A DNA stretch of 64,000 nt, taken from contig CM022665.1 in NCBI GenBank assembly GCA_012295275.1, forward strand, positions 32,922,001 through 32,986,000, in the 5' to 3' direction. Both the position numbers and the translations under genes were made by a program. Of the stretch, positions 33,418-46,963 are shown piece by piece (the first letter of the stretch is position 1; each line of letters begins with the position of its first letter). A model generated the notes under the pieces. It ran no database searches and was not told the origin of the DNA. It worked only from the letters and a program-made list of their open reading frames with translations. The stretch is from Chrysomallon squamiferum. Taxonomy: Eukaryota; Animalia; Mollusca.

Positions 33418-36400
33418 AATACCGTTTAAAACTTATCGATCTTAAAGCCATTGTTGTAAGTATTCCTGGTTTTAGACTGCAACAGATCAGCGAGATTTTG
33501 AAATAATGGAATAGTATTTGTTTACCAAAAAAATAAAGTGACCAATGTAAATATATCAGCTTTTTTAATTTAATTTTTTTATTTTTAAATAAATTTAAAG
33601 CATTATCTATTTATGTATAATTACTATTCCGTTGAATTTAAAAAAAAAATTATTATTATTATTTTTAAATGAATTTCTTTAAAATCTTTCATTGGTAGTA
33701 TGCGTGTCTTAAATTTGTTTAATTCAAATAAATAAAGTCAGGTCAAAAATGCTTAAAAGAAATAAATAATTTATTGGAAGACATAGAGTTAAAATTCAAA
33801 CACATTGAACCGTCAAAGTTGTAGATATTGGGTTTTGTATTCTGGGCTTTTTCCCTATTTTACTTGTACTATTTTTGTCTTTGTGCTGGTAAATTCTATA
33901 TTTCTGTCAAGAAATCTTTAAGACACGCTTCTTAGGGAGAAGAATGTATTTTACTATTTTTTGAAAGAAGATAAAAACTGTGCCTATTGATTATTCTATT
34001 AGCAATGTCTGAAAAACACAAGAAGAATTAATATATGGCTTTATTTCATGTGTTTTATATAGGAATTATACTGATGACAATACTTATTTCCTATTTGATC
34101 TTTATAATGCTGTTCCTTGTTTGTCCGTTCAACACAGTGCACCAAGACAGGTGTATGAAAAGTCATGATTATCACTAAAAAATGGCGGTTTTCTATTCAC
34201 GGGTTTGTGTAATGTGTCTGGTGCTGTAGTGTGGTGTAATGTGGTGCGGTGATTTGCTGTCGTGCTATAGATTAGTGAGTATAGTTTAGTGGGCTTATAT
34301 CATTCTTGTTTTCAGCTGCAGCCAATGGGTAGCCTACAATTTTTTTTTTTTTTTGAAATGAGTCATCACAGTGATTGTATAGTTTTCCTTTTCTAAATCG
34401 TGGATTCGCTCCTATCACTTACGAAACAGTATGCAGGACGTATCAAAGGACTGATTTTCTTGTAAAGTTTGAATGAAAATAAAATAATATTATATATATA
34501 AAGAAGAAAATTGAAAACGTTAAATATAATGCATATATTTAGGTTTGCTGTTTGTGTTTATGTATTTAGTCTTGAAGACATTGTGAATATAAATATCCGG
34601 ACATTTTATTACTTTTGATCATTGATATGAAACCGATGAAAGCACTGATGTCCCAGTAATTATAGCACAACTAATAATAAAACTAAAAAAATTATTCTTG
34701 TAATAGGTATGTGGGTTTTTTTGTTTGTTTTTTTCTAATTGCAAAAACACGTATTCTTGCAAAGACTTTTCAACCTTGTTAGCTTTTAAAGTGAAAAGGG
34801 GCATAAGCACATAAATCACAGTATGCAGGACCCACTGGTATATACAACCGCTCTGATACTCACCAGTCAACAAAATGAATAAATGTACTAACACGACAGT
34901 GGAAGGATTTACAACGATCTTTTTAAATAAGAAATAGTAGCTATCTGTGGATTTTCTTTGACTCACGTGATACTTAAACGTTTAAATACATGTATCTTCC
35001 TCTTACTCTACTTCTAAAGATTGGGTGACAGTTTATAAATGTTTTAGTTTGCTGAATTAACACTTTATTACATAAATGCACAGTTATTGATTAAGTTAAA
35101 TATTTTTAAGACTTGTAGAAGCCAAATAATTACGTTGGAATGAAAGTTATCCAATATGTACAGTAAAATCCTAGATTATCGCAGACTCGAGATATGAACA
35201 GTAGGTCGTAGACTATATTACTCCCATGTTCATTTATGCTTATTTTTATTCTCATTTTTCAATTTCTCTATGCATATATATGTCTTTACATCAGTGCATT
35301 CACCAGTTTCATATTGATGATCTTATTCGACTTGGAAACCCACTGCCACACCTCCGTGAGCTATGCATATTGTTAGCAGTAACGGGTCTTTTTTATCATG
35401 TGAAACACATATTGTCATCGTTTTACTGTAACATACGTGAACCAGAAAGGTAAAAGGATGAATACAGTAAGAACTATTTTATGAGAGAAGTTGTATTCTG
35501 TTTATTCTCGTCTAAGGTGTATACCATCTTTTTAACCTAAATAACAAATAACAATGGCATGACCAAAATATTATTAACAGAGTACAAGATGGGTAATATA
35601 CATTTGTTATTTCATGACAAATCTTTTCTTAACAGGACTTGCCCGCGACACGCCTAAAAGAGAGAGAAAAAGATACACACGCTTTTAAGAACGCTTCTAG
35701 TGAGCCAACGGTAAAAAGCCCAAATTCTACACTGAAGATTTGTCTCACTTTACCTCAGCTGAACCCTTTGTATGTACATATGTGTATATAGATAATACTG
35801 CTAACCTCGATGAGTTGTTCACAATTTAGTATTTAATTGAAAATACGTAAAGCATTCGCAAGAAAAACTATAAACATACTATACATGTGTGGGGTGTATC
35901 TGAATATTTAAATACATCTCTGGATTAACATTATTTTATACCTATCAAACTTTGGTTTTAGGGGTTATTAAAAAATACTAATAAATTAATAAATACAAAA
36001 TAATAAAATAAAATTTTACAGATCCACAATTTATTGAGTAAATACAGCCATAAATCCTTTTAAATATAATTAGAAAAAAAAAAAAAAAAAAAAAAATGAA
36101 AACAAACCACAAGATATACATATACATTTATTTTTGTAAAACAGAATTTAAACTATCATCTACAACTGTACATAACATAAAACAAAAAACGTAATTAGAA
36201 AAACGGATACTTTCAGATCCAATAAAAAAAATACACACTGAAAATTGTCTACAAATGATAAAATAGTTTGTGCAGTGGTATGAAAAATGCAAAATCAGTG
36301 AAACTATGAAAGCAAGAATTTAAACAGAAATCTAAAATATTTTTTCACAAAAAAGGAAAATCGTTTAGAGAACATTCTCTCTATAAATAAAGTTTATCGG

Positions 36401-37191
36401 TGACAGAGGTAATAATTATTTTTATTTATCATGTTCTTTCAGGAGTTACTTTCCCCGTAATCATTCTAAATGTTCAATCACCAGTCTGTTTTTAAAAGTG
36501 TAGATGTGAATTTCTCAGAGGATTAGTTTTTATTATACACAATGCACCACGAACATATATAGTTAAAATACCATCAGTATATAAGCCAAGTAAGTTAAAA
36601 AATTAATAAATCTTTTATTTTTCAGTGAATTTTGTCTATTACATTATTTATACTTACGTTTTATATATTCTGTGTATTCATGTTTCTTAATTTTCATTCA
36701 AAGATATAAAAAATTAAGTTATAAGAAAAATGGAAATCTGCAAAAAACATTTAATACAGCTGAAAAAACTGAAATGGTAGGTAATAATATCATGTTCAAA
36801 TGTACGCTAATAATTTAAAAAAAAAAAATAATAATAATAATAATAATAATAAAAATAACCAAAAACGATTATATCATTACTCAAACTTGTTTTTAACCAA
36901 AATGTTTCAGTGGTGATATTCACTGATAACATTTGACAACTATTTTAGATAGAACAGTTACTGAATGTTAATATAACATGCATAAACATAACAAGTGTAT
37001 ATCATACTTTAACACAAAAGTAATTATATTTTCTTTAATACTACTATTTATTTCACATATACATCCTCTTAAAAGTTTAATAATATGTATGCTGGATTTT
37101 CAAAATTATATATATGTTTATTTCAGATAATCATTAAATATTATAAACTTATGTTAACTCATGATAAATCTAATTTTATACATATATACAT

Positions 37192-37223
<32 letters not shown>

Positions 37224-37808
37224 ACGTATGTATGTATGTATATTTTTTTATCTATACCATTGTACAAAACAAATATGTTACAACTGTAACATCCTGATGA
37301 ACATAGATTTTACAAAAAACATAAGTAAATGTTAACTAAAAGCACAATAGGTAGTGAAACTTAAACAGCCTATATAAACAAATCACTAACAGTAATCTCA
37401 ATATTCTTTAAAATGTGCCAGTAGTGAACAAACAGTTTAAACACATTAGTGTTTCTTTCCTCCATTATTCCTCTGTTAAATAATAAAATACAACAATACA
37501 CTAAAAAACTCATGAATAAGTAATGGTAGCTGACACTTATAATGACATCAACAAAAATCCACACTGAACTGAGGATATGGGAACTTAAAAAAAAAAAAAA
37601 AAAAACGTAATTCAGTCTACGAAGGTTATTTATATATTTCTATGACAGAAAGGATGTCATAATAACAAAAAATAAAATGTTAGCCTTTAAGCATCTTGAC
37701 AAATTTGGCTACTATAAACCATTAAATCAATCACGTGGAAATAAATGAATGTGATTAATCTGTTTGTACACATCACCAAAGGTACACTTTAATATTGATC
37801 TGGCTCTT

Positions 37809-38897
37809 TTATCTTGTTATTGTTGGGTCACAGCCTCGGATTTTGAAATCAGGTGTGGGATTTTGTGAATAAACATGAGTGTACAGTTCATCTAGGGGCA
37901 ACTCTGAGTCAGTTTTAGCTATCTGTGCCGCTTCTTCAATTTCTTTTCTGATTTCAGTATCAAATTTCTGGTAAAAAAAATAAAAAATAAGAATAATCAT
38001 TATTATATCACTGATTTTATATAGGTAAAACATAAGACAGTTTGAAATGAATGAAGTGAAACATCATTATTTACTCTTAAATAATATTAACATTTTATTG
38101 AAATGTGACAGTAACATTATTTCAGTGTTATTCAGCTAGTAAAATTAATATTTTTTAATGATTTTGTGTATTTGTACCAGTAATAAGAACTTTTGTGAAT
38201 AATTAAGATTAATACTTTTACATGTAAGTGTTTAATCTATGATATTTTTAAACTTTCACCTTCAACTCTTCTGGTGTGGTAAGATTTGCTTTTATTATTC
38301 TATCTTTGAAATTTGTGATAGGATCTCTCTTTTCTCTCACTTCTTGAATTTCATCTCTGGTCCGGTAACTGTGAATTGATTCATAATTTGTGAGTATTTT
38401 TTAAAATGTTTTAATGAATTAATCAAAACAGAGTGTTAACAAACACAAAAATTAAAAAAGAAGTAAAGAAATTCATCCACTTGGTTTGGAATGATTTATA
38501 CTGTTTTTATGTAATTTCACCCAATATCATACAATATTGATAAATATTTATAACTTTAAACATGAAGAATAAACGAAAGGATCCAATGTAAACTTCATAA
38601 TATCTGTGAGATCACAAACCAACCTTGTTCCAGGGTCACTCATGCTGTGTCCATGGTAACGATATGTTGCCACCTCAACCAAGATTGGTCCATTTTTTAG
38701 TGCATAGTCTTTAGCAAACCTAGTTCCCTCCCTTACTGCAAGTATGTCCATACCATCAATCTGCAGAACCACAAGTTTACTATAATGTCAATCTGTTTTC
38801 ATGTCAATACCACAATTCTCAAAACCATCTCAAACAATTGGATAAAAGTTATAAAAAATTCAGACTATGGATAATTAAAACAATATTAAGTAATGCC

Positions 38898-38945
<48 letters not shown>

Positions 38946-41900
38946 GGAAACAAGAAGCACTGGTAAGCTGTTAAATTATGAAATATTTGTAAAAACAGGC
39001 TCTTTGCTCTTGAATTATTTTAAATAATCAGCATCATGATTTATGCTTTAATTAACATTCAAAACCAGTCTATCTAATCTCAAAATCAACACATGAATAT
39101 TTTTATGAAACAAATTTCTGTGACAAAAAGGATGTCATAATAACAAAAAATAAAATGTTAGCCTTTAAGCATCTTGACAAATTTGGCTACTATAAACCAT
39201 TAAATCAATCACTTGGAAATAAATTAATGTGATTAACCTGTTTGTACACATCACCAAAGGTAAACATGCATACACACAGATATACATTTAAATAAAAACA
39301 AGAGCAAAATAACTAATTAATTACCCAAAGTCCAGGCACATAATCTCCTCTGGTATAATACTGAGTGCTAGCTGATGCCCTGTCAGCACTTGTACCCATA
39401 CCAAAACCATTATTTTCACAGGCAAAAATGGCTGGCAGATTCCATAACTTGGCCATGTTGAAGGCTTCAAACAGCTGCCCTTGGTTAGCTGCACCATCTC
39501 CATACAAGGACAAGCAGACATTGTTTTTCTTCTGATACTGCAAGGCAAAGGCAATTCCAGCACCAAGAGGAACCTGGCCAAACAACAGAGAAAGACAAAT
39601 TGTTACTGAAAACAATAATGAACTTTTCCATAAAAGGAATTTAACTCGAAGGTAAAATTGGTAAAATGTTTTGACTAGAGTGTAGGTTACATTATACATA
39701 ATTTGTTCTGTGCTTTCAGAAGAGTTAGTCTGAAGCAATAAATATCTTAAGTATATATGCAGTTTTCATTAGTAAGTTAAACAATAACTTAAAGAAACGG
39801 AAGGAAAAACAACTGATGCTTTGATGGAAAACAGTTATAAAATTTTTCCTCTTCTTATACAACTAATAACTTTTGTTTTCTACATATTTAATAATAAGCA
39901 ACAATAAACAAAATAATAAAAATTAAATAAATTAAATTAAATTAAAACTAACATAAAATTAAATAAATAACAAATTCAAAATAAAAATATTTATTACCTG
40001 AGCTCCAACAATTCCATTACCACCATAGAAGTTTTTACAGTACATGTGCATAGAACCTCCTTTACCTTGAGCACACCCAGATTTTCTTCCTGAAAGACAT
40101 TAAACCATTTCAGTAACAGAAATTATTTGTAATGTTTATATGATACAGTGCAGGATACTGAAAATTACTCACTGACATTCTCTGAGATGTAACTAGAGCA
40201 TGGATATATTACTTACAGTTATCAGATTTTCATGTAACTGTAATGTAAGAATTACAATGAAAAAGAAAAATTCAAATGATATTAAGTGACTTTTTACAAA
40301 TTTTATACATACTGCCTTTCTTTTAAATTGTGCTGATGTGATTAAATCTGTGTCAGCATTACTGATTAAAGATTGAATCTGCACAAATCCAAATTTAGAA
40401 AAGAAACAAAGATTTTAATATATTATCAAAAAATTATATGGTTTTCCAAAATAAATAATATAATTACTATCATTAAATTTAGAGAAATGTATATTTAATT
40501 TTAATTATCACAGCACATTTTCAATTATAAAAAGAAAAATTAATATATAATAGAATTTACAATATTTAAAGAAAAATTAGGAAAAGAAAAATAAAAGATG
40601 ATTTTTACCTGTAAGTTCTGAAAGAACACCCTGAACAGGCACTCCACGTATATATGACCAGCCATGAGCCCTGTAAGCAGTAATAACAGCATCATCTGGA
40701 GAAAGTGCTGCCTCCATTCCAACACAGCAAGCCTCCTACATTTTAAAAAACAAAAATAAACAATTATTTTATTGTCATTTCTCCTCATATATAAATATCA
40801 ACATATTACACTGAATGTAAAAAAAAAAAACAATATTTGTAAAATATATATTATAAGCTGATTTGTTTTGGTTAATTCCAAAATAATAAATGTTTAAAAA
40901 AAAAAAAAAAAACAACTTATTTTTGTTTATTATAAAACTGAAACAAATTAAATCTATTTCAAAAGTTCCTTTTTAAAGAACAAAAATATCCTAACATATT
41001 TCTAATATTTTATATTTGATTTCATAAATATCTGGTAAATAATATAAATGTTATCTATTCTGAATGAAATTATTTTAAAAAATTATAATAATAAATTAAT
41101 AATAAAATAACATTAATGCGTTAACAACAAAAAAAAACCCAGAAAGTTTCTAATTAAGCCAAACAAACTGAATTATTTGATCAACTGATGCAGTCACTCT
41201 TGTACTTTTATGTATAAATTATGAGTAAAAATCAAACTTACCTGCCCTGAGTAAAGGTGACAAAAGCCTCGAATAACTTTAGATTTGTAAAGATTTCCTG
41301 CCACAGTTTCCATTCGCCGTATTACCTGCATGTCCCTGTAAAACTTCAGTGCATCTTCTCTGGTTAGAGAAACAGTGTTTTCTGGACCCTTTTCCAGTTT
41401 GAATAATTTACATGGCTGTAAAAAATCCAAACAGAACAATTAACATAACTAGGAAAGAAAATAAACATTTATTTTTTCAACCCAGATGTATTCTGTTTTT
41501 TTCTGTTTATTTTTGTTTAAAATCATACAGATGTGTTTTAAAAATAAATGAACCTCTATTTTTAAAGTTGTTTTTATTTCATACAAACAGCACATAGTTA
41601 TTCAGAGGTACATAAATATACATAAATTATTTTTTCAGAAACTAAAGTATGTAAAATTTTATGCATATTATAATCAATTCTAATTAGATATAATTATATG
41701 TTAATATATTCCATTCATACATAAATAACTGATGATACTTACAGTTGTTTCAAATGTGGCTTCATTTGCAGTTCCATACTGGTAATGCTGGATTGCACCA
41801 AGACTATACTACAAGTAGAAATAAATCTTGTTAAACATATGCTTTGCTTTTAAAACTGCTTACCTGGTTTTAATAATTACTTAGGATTCTAAACAAGTAT

Positions 41901-42789
41901 TTTCAAATGAATATCAATTTACATTAAAATACTATAATTATACTGTTATGAGTTTAACAAGTACTGATAGGACTAGCAAAAAATGTTGAAGTTTTTATGA
42001 AAATGTGTTTGCATAAGACTTTAAATAAAAATATGTGCAAAACTGAATTAACAATATTTATTTACAACTACACTGGGTTGGGGGGCTCAGCAATCGCTAT
42101 AATTATGGCTGTTTTATTTATTTGTTTAACATTATATTAGATAGCTTAGGTAAGACTTATAACTGAATTATTCCTTGACTTGTATATCATTATTAGGTAT
42201 ATTATTTTGTACTTTCAGGAAAAATAACAATTAATAACTAAATAAACTTATTATGAATTCCTATTTGTTAATGATCCCAAACTAAACTGGAAACAGTTAT
42301 AATTCAATGTATTCTGCAGATATTTTGAAATCTAGTTAACGTTAACTATGCTGCATATCCAAAAAGGGGCGAGCCCGAATCATCAAATATAATATCATAG
42401 ATTATAGAATGATAGATTAGATATGATTATGAAGGTCTTATGTTTAAAATAAAATTTAAAACTTAAAACAGAGTATTTAAGTCACAAATAAATAAACATG
42501 ATATAATAAAATTCATATGAAATTATAAGTTTATATTTCTTTAATTATTCACTTTATTGTTATATGAATTATCATAATCATTTATTTTATATGTTAAACT
42601 TAAAATGACATTTTTTTTTTCGTGACCTTAGGCTTAACCGAGGTCAAAACAAAGCATTATAATTCAACCTGTCATTACTTTTTCATAGCCATGCATTAAA
42701 TGATCTATAATTAATTATGTAATTCTTTATAATGACACACTTACCGGCGTTTTCGCTAAACGTACTATTCTAGTTGTTAGAGCTAACAT
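37809..42789 (-). CDS. PDHA1: Pyruvate dehydrogenase E1 alpha subunit, mitochondrial, 385 aa
   Basis: Nine in-phase exons: 42745-42789, 41743-41808, 41242-41415, 40609-40735, 39998-40089, 39325-39573, 38624-38760, 38260-38368, 37809-37967 (1158 nt). Motifs: [25 protein letters not shown]-binding [13 protein letters not shown], phosphorylation loop [22 protein letters not shown]. The N-terminus [15 protein letters not shown] is transit-peptide-like. Confidence 0.98.
39114..39262 (+). repeat. 149-bp direct duplicate of the PDHA1 proximal 3' region (37636-37784) inside PDHA1 intron 6
   Basis: Near-identical text GGATGTCATAATAACAAAAAATAAAATGTTAGCCTTTAAGCATCTTGACAAATTTGGCTACTATAAACC...GTACACATCACCAAAGGTA, with only a handful of substitutions. 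Confidence 0.92.
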
Positions 42790-43063
42790 GATTAGTAGCA
42801 ATCAAGCTTCACTGTTTATTACCCCGCTTTGACGAAACTGGTTTTAGAAATTGAAGAGTATAATAAGGGAAGTAACTCTAATATCGCAATTTCTATAATT
42901 ATTTGATGATTGCTAAAAAAACAAAAGAAAGATTTCTTTCCTTTTTTTTATGAAATCTTAACTTAGAAATCATCATAGAAATCTGTATTTAAATGAATAG
43001 AGAACCTTTCTTGAAATGAAGAATGTATTACATGCGATGTTAGAACGGGATGCTAAACAGCTG

Positions 43064-43107
<44 letters not shown>

Positions 43108-43429
43108 AATAAAAATATCAATATCAATATCAATATCAATATTACAATATCATAAAATAAAATATATATTAATAAAATGTATAAACTGCATTTTGTTTAT
43201 TTTGCAAGCCAAAGTGAAATATTGGTGTCCTCCCGAAGTCAGGCGCCCCATAACGCAGTAGCATTAAAACAACACAAAACACAGTTGATTGCATTACTAA
43301 TGACCTGTCATTTACACTGACTATGTACATGTAGTAAATAATGGAATAGTCCGATACAATTAAATACCGAACACAAAATAAAATTATATAAACTTAGATT
43401 TATTTACAGATTTTAATATTTCGATTTGA

Positions 43430-44215
43430 CGCATTTCTATCCTAGTTTTAAAAGATGTCCAACGGCAACCAACAACTGAACGGGTGTTTTCTGGCCAAGA
43501 GTTAGCTGTGCCTTCAGTCTCACGAGTCTATTTTCCGTCTGTTTATAAACTCTCTTTCTTGATGGTCGGGCAGATCCAAAGTTTATCTATCTGAATTTAT
43601 CACGTTCTGATGTTTCTATTCCTTTTATCAATTCTACAAATCTGTGTATGTTTGGATGGTGAAGTTGAACTGACCGGTTCATTCTGGAATGAAAACCCTC
43701 CAGATTATTGTTTGTTGTGGTGCCAGTCTTCAGATGATGAGTTCCACAAAATCAAAGGGAATCTGGCGTCATCGTTTACAATGCAGAAACTACATAATCA
43801 TTTAATATCTCCGCCTGTGGAACACCAGGTCCGTCATCCACGGCTTCAAACCACGCATCCTGCACTTGTGCAATGGGCAGAAGTGATAGTCCAGCAGCCC
43901 TCCGAATCCATGTCTGTACATTTGGATCATCTTTATATAGAACAACAAGACCTTGATCTTGGCTTTTCCTCCAAATGGCCTGTGTGAAATGAAAAAAGCA
44001 TCCTTTCACCTCAGCTTGTGGAAATTCAGTCTCAACTGCCTGGAATGCAGCTTCTCAAAGTCAGTCTGAATTTTAATTGGAAAAGGAAATCGGTTAATGA
44101 CTGTAGTACATGATTCTTCAGCAAACTGGACAATGTACTGTAAGTTATCCTCTGTCGAGAAGAAGAGCAAACACACGGGGATACATAGTGGTTCCTTTCA
44201 TAGCATGGATGATAT
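43430..44215 (-). mobile_element. MULE (Mutator-like) transposase remnant upstream of PDHA1
   Basis: Frameshifted peptides IQTDFE..AVETEFPQAEVKGCFFHFTQAIWRK..GL..LY, LSLLP..V..AW, and NNLEGFHSRMNR...HPNIHRFVELIK. These are MULE signature motifs. Confidence 0.88.
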
Positions 44216-45790
44216 ATAATATATATTTTATTTTATTATTTTGTTTTTGCGCGCGGGTTAACTGCCCTTGTGGCCACGCACACGCTAAGCTACTGGTCAT
44301 CATTATTTATGTAAAAATAAAATAAATAAAACACAAAAATAAAAGATATAAAAGAAAACCAACAATATAGTCTTAAAAATACATACACCTTAACGTTTTT
44401 TAAATAAAAATTAAGATGTCGGTGATAACATGAGAATAAGACCTGATTTGACCCGGCGTTTACCTCATTAAAATAGGTCAAGGTTGCGGAAATATTTTAT
44501 TTACTGTGTAAATCCCTAAATTAATCGTTATTGCATATAAGGAAATGTCTAGTAAGGAAGTGAAATTTAAAGATGACAGTTGGCTGGTAGGTAATATCTT
44601 TTATCCAGATATTTATTATGCATCTTTCCTTCGCGATAGGTAATATTTATATACATCAAGCCCACCACATTATCTCACTTCAGAGTTAATGCATAAACAG
44701 CTTGGCTACTGTTACTATATTTCAATATGCAGTGTAATACGAACAAAGATTTCAAAGCTCAGAATGCATAGTTCATTACTCTAGAGAATATAGCCTATTT
44801 TGCTCTCTTCTTTTCTGATTCCTTAACCTTGCTTTATTCTGGTCAACCTTTGATTGGATACGACGTCAAGCTGTACTTGAATCTTATCAACGTTATACAA
44901 TAAATATTTTTGCTGCATGATTACAAAAGTTTTAAAATGAACTATGAGCCCATTCACAACTATTTTCTTTCATTAGATACGTCTGCAAATATATAGTCAT
45001 GTATTATTATCTTTTTGACGAGTAAATTTGATAAATCATACAAAAGAAAAGCAAACAACAAACCAAATACATAATAACTAATCAATTTTGTATCTACGTA
45101 GTGGCGTCATTAACACAACAACAACAACGAAAACAACAAAAATCTCACTATTAATGCAATGTCATGGATGATTTTTTTTAATTGCCGTCCTAAATAATTA
45201 ATCAGAATTTGTCGCCATAACGAAATAAAATAGTGACATGGAGGTATACAAAAATATGTGAAACTTTCTAAGGACCAACGATAGACGTTAAGAACCGCTA
45301 TAACGTCATTCTTTGTCACCCCTAGATGTCAAATCTAGTGAAAAATTAGAAATTATTTACGATTTATCAACCCTTTTCTGCTTAGTTTATGGTCTCTGTT
45401 TATCTTAAATAATCAGTAACTAGTTACCTATTGTTCGTTTATTTTCTCTTTGTGTGTTAATGTAAGGTTTTGGACTACTGAGTTATTTATGAATTCCGCG
45501 GATATAGTTTTCCTTTGTCAACCGGTTTCCTTGCCGTGTTTAGGTAGACTGTGGAGAGCACGTTGTTAAATATTATTTATTTATTCACAATAATATATAA
45601 ATAGTATACATTTTTTTAACTCTTTTTCGCAAACATAATTTCTTATTCCTATTAGCTATAACTTCTCTATTCTCTTCGCTCCCAAGAAGCCGACATCACA
45701 TGGTTACTTAGAAACGTATTACATACAGATACACCAGTTCGCTCGATCATGCACCCACAGCCACGCACAAAGTCTGTACGAATGATTTTA

Positions 45791-45832
<42 letters not shown>

Positions 45833-46446
45833 ATACATATATACACATAACATTTATACATTACGTGACATAAAAAATGTCCTGATTTGATGGATTTCTG
45901 GTTTATTGAGCCTCTGGTGTTAACGGCTTTTACAAGCATTTACACACACATATGTGATCACCGAAGAGGTTCGATCCTACGAACCAATCATATGAGCTAA
46001 ATCCCACCCAAATATACCGGAATGATTATACCATGTCTGTCTATTTGTTCCTGCATTATGAATACCTTAATGTATTATTAGAGAATGGGTCAAATTTTAA
46101 TACAAAATGAACACCAAGATTTATTATAGAATGGTTCGTTTTTGTTATTACCTGTCACTTATAAAAAGTCAGTTTATTACAAACAGAATCTAATACTTTC
46201 ATTAAAAACTGCTAGCATGCTGTCAGTACTTTAACAACACCACTGGAGACCGTGATCGTAATTTTGTATTGTTTAATATTTGTGTATACTATGTCATAAT
46301 AATAATAATAATAAATAGAAGAAGAAGAAGAAGAAAAAGAAGAAAATACACGATTTTCATCCATTGCTTACAAAATATATCAGTTGTAATGTCAAATATC
46401 TAGTCTTTAGAGAGATGAAAAAACACGATTTTATTATATTTTAATA

Positions 46447-46451
<5 letters not shown>

Positions 46452-46533
<82 letters not shown>

Positions 46534-46883
46534 TGACAACAGAATACAAATTTTTGTACTGATGCTATATCAACCGACGATTAACGCCATTCAAAAGCGT
46601 AGCACATGAAAGAAAACAAGAAAGAAAAAAAAGATGGAAAAAAAAAGAGGCGGGGGTGGTGGTGGTACATTATTACTTTACCACAATTACGTTGTAAATA
46701 TTTTCAGTTATTATTATGTTAGAATGATGTATACATCTATTCATGTGATGCATGTTCGTCTCTCTCTCTCTCTCTCGAGAAGTGGGCGTGTCATGTTGTT
46801 TTATCCTACAAAACATTGTAGGTAAGAAACAGTTTTTGACAAGCTTTTACATGAAATAATATAGCTGATGTATTGTGTACAAT

Positions 46884-46960
<77 letters not shown>
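46452..46960. repeat. (TC)n tract containing two captured copies of distant sequence
   Basis: 46529-46758 is a direct copy of 50391-50620 (230 bp). 46776-46886 is an inverted copy of 28411-28521 (111 bp). Both are separated and flanked by (TC)n. Confidence 0.92.

Positions 46961-46963
<3 letters not shown>

Noticed and set aside
43610-43987. 125-aa plus-strand ORF with a signal-peptide-like start
   Set aside because: It is the antisense shadow of the MULE transposase remnant.
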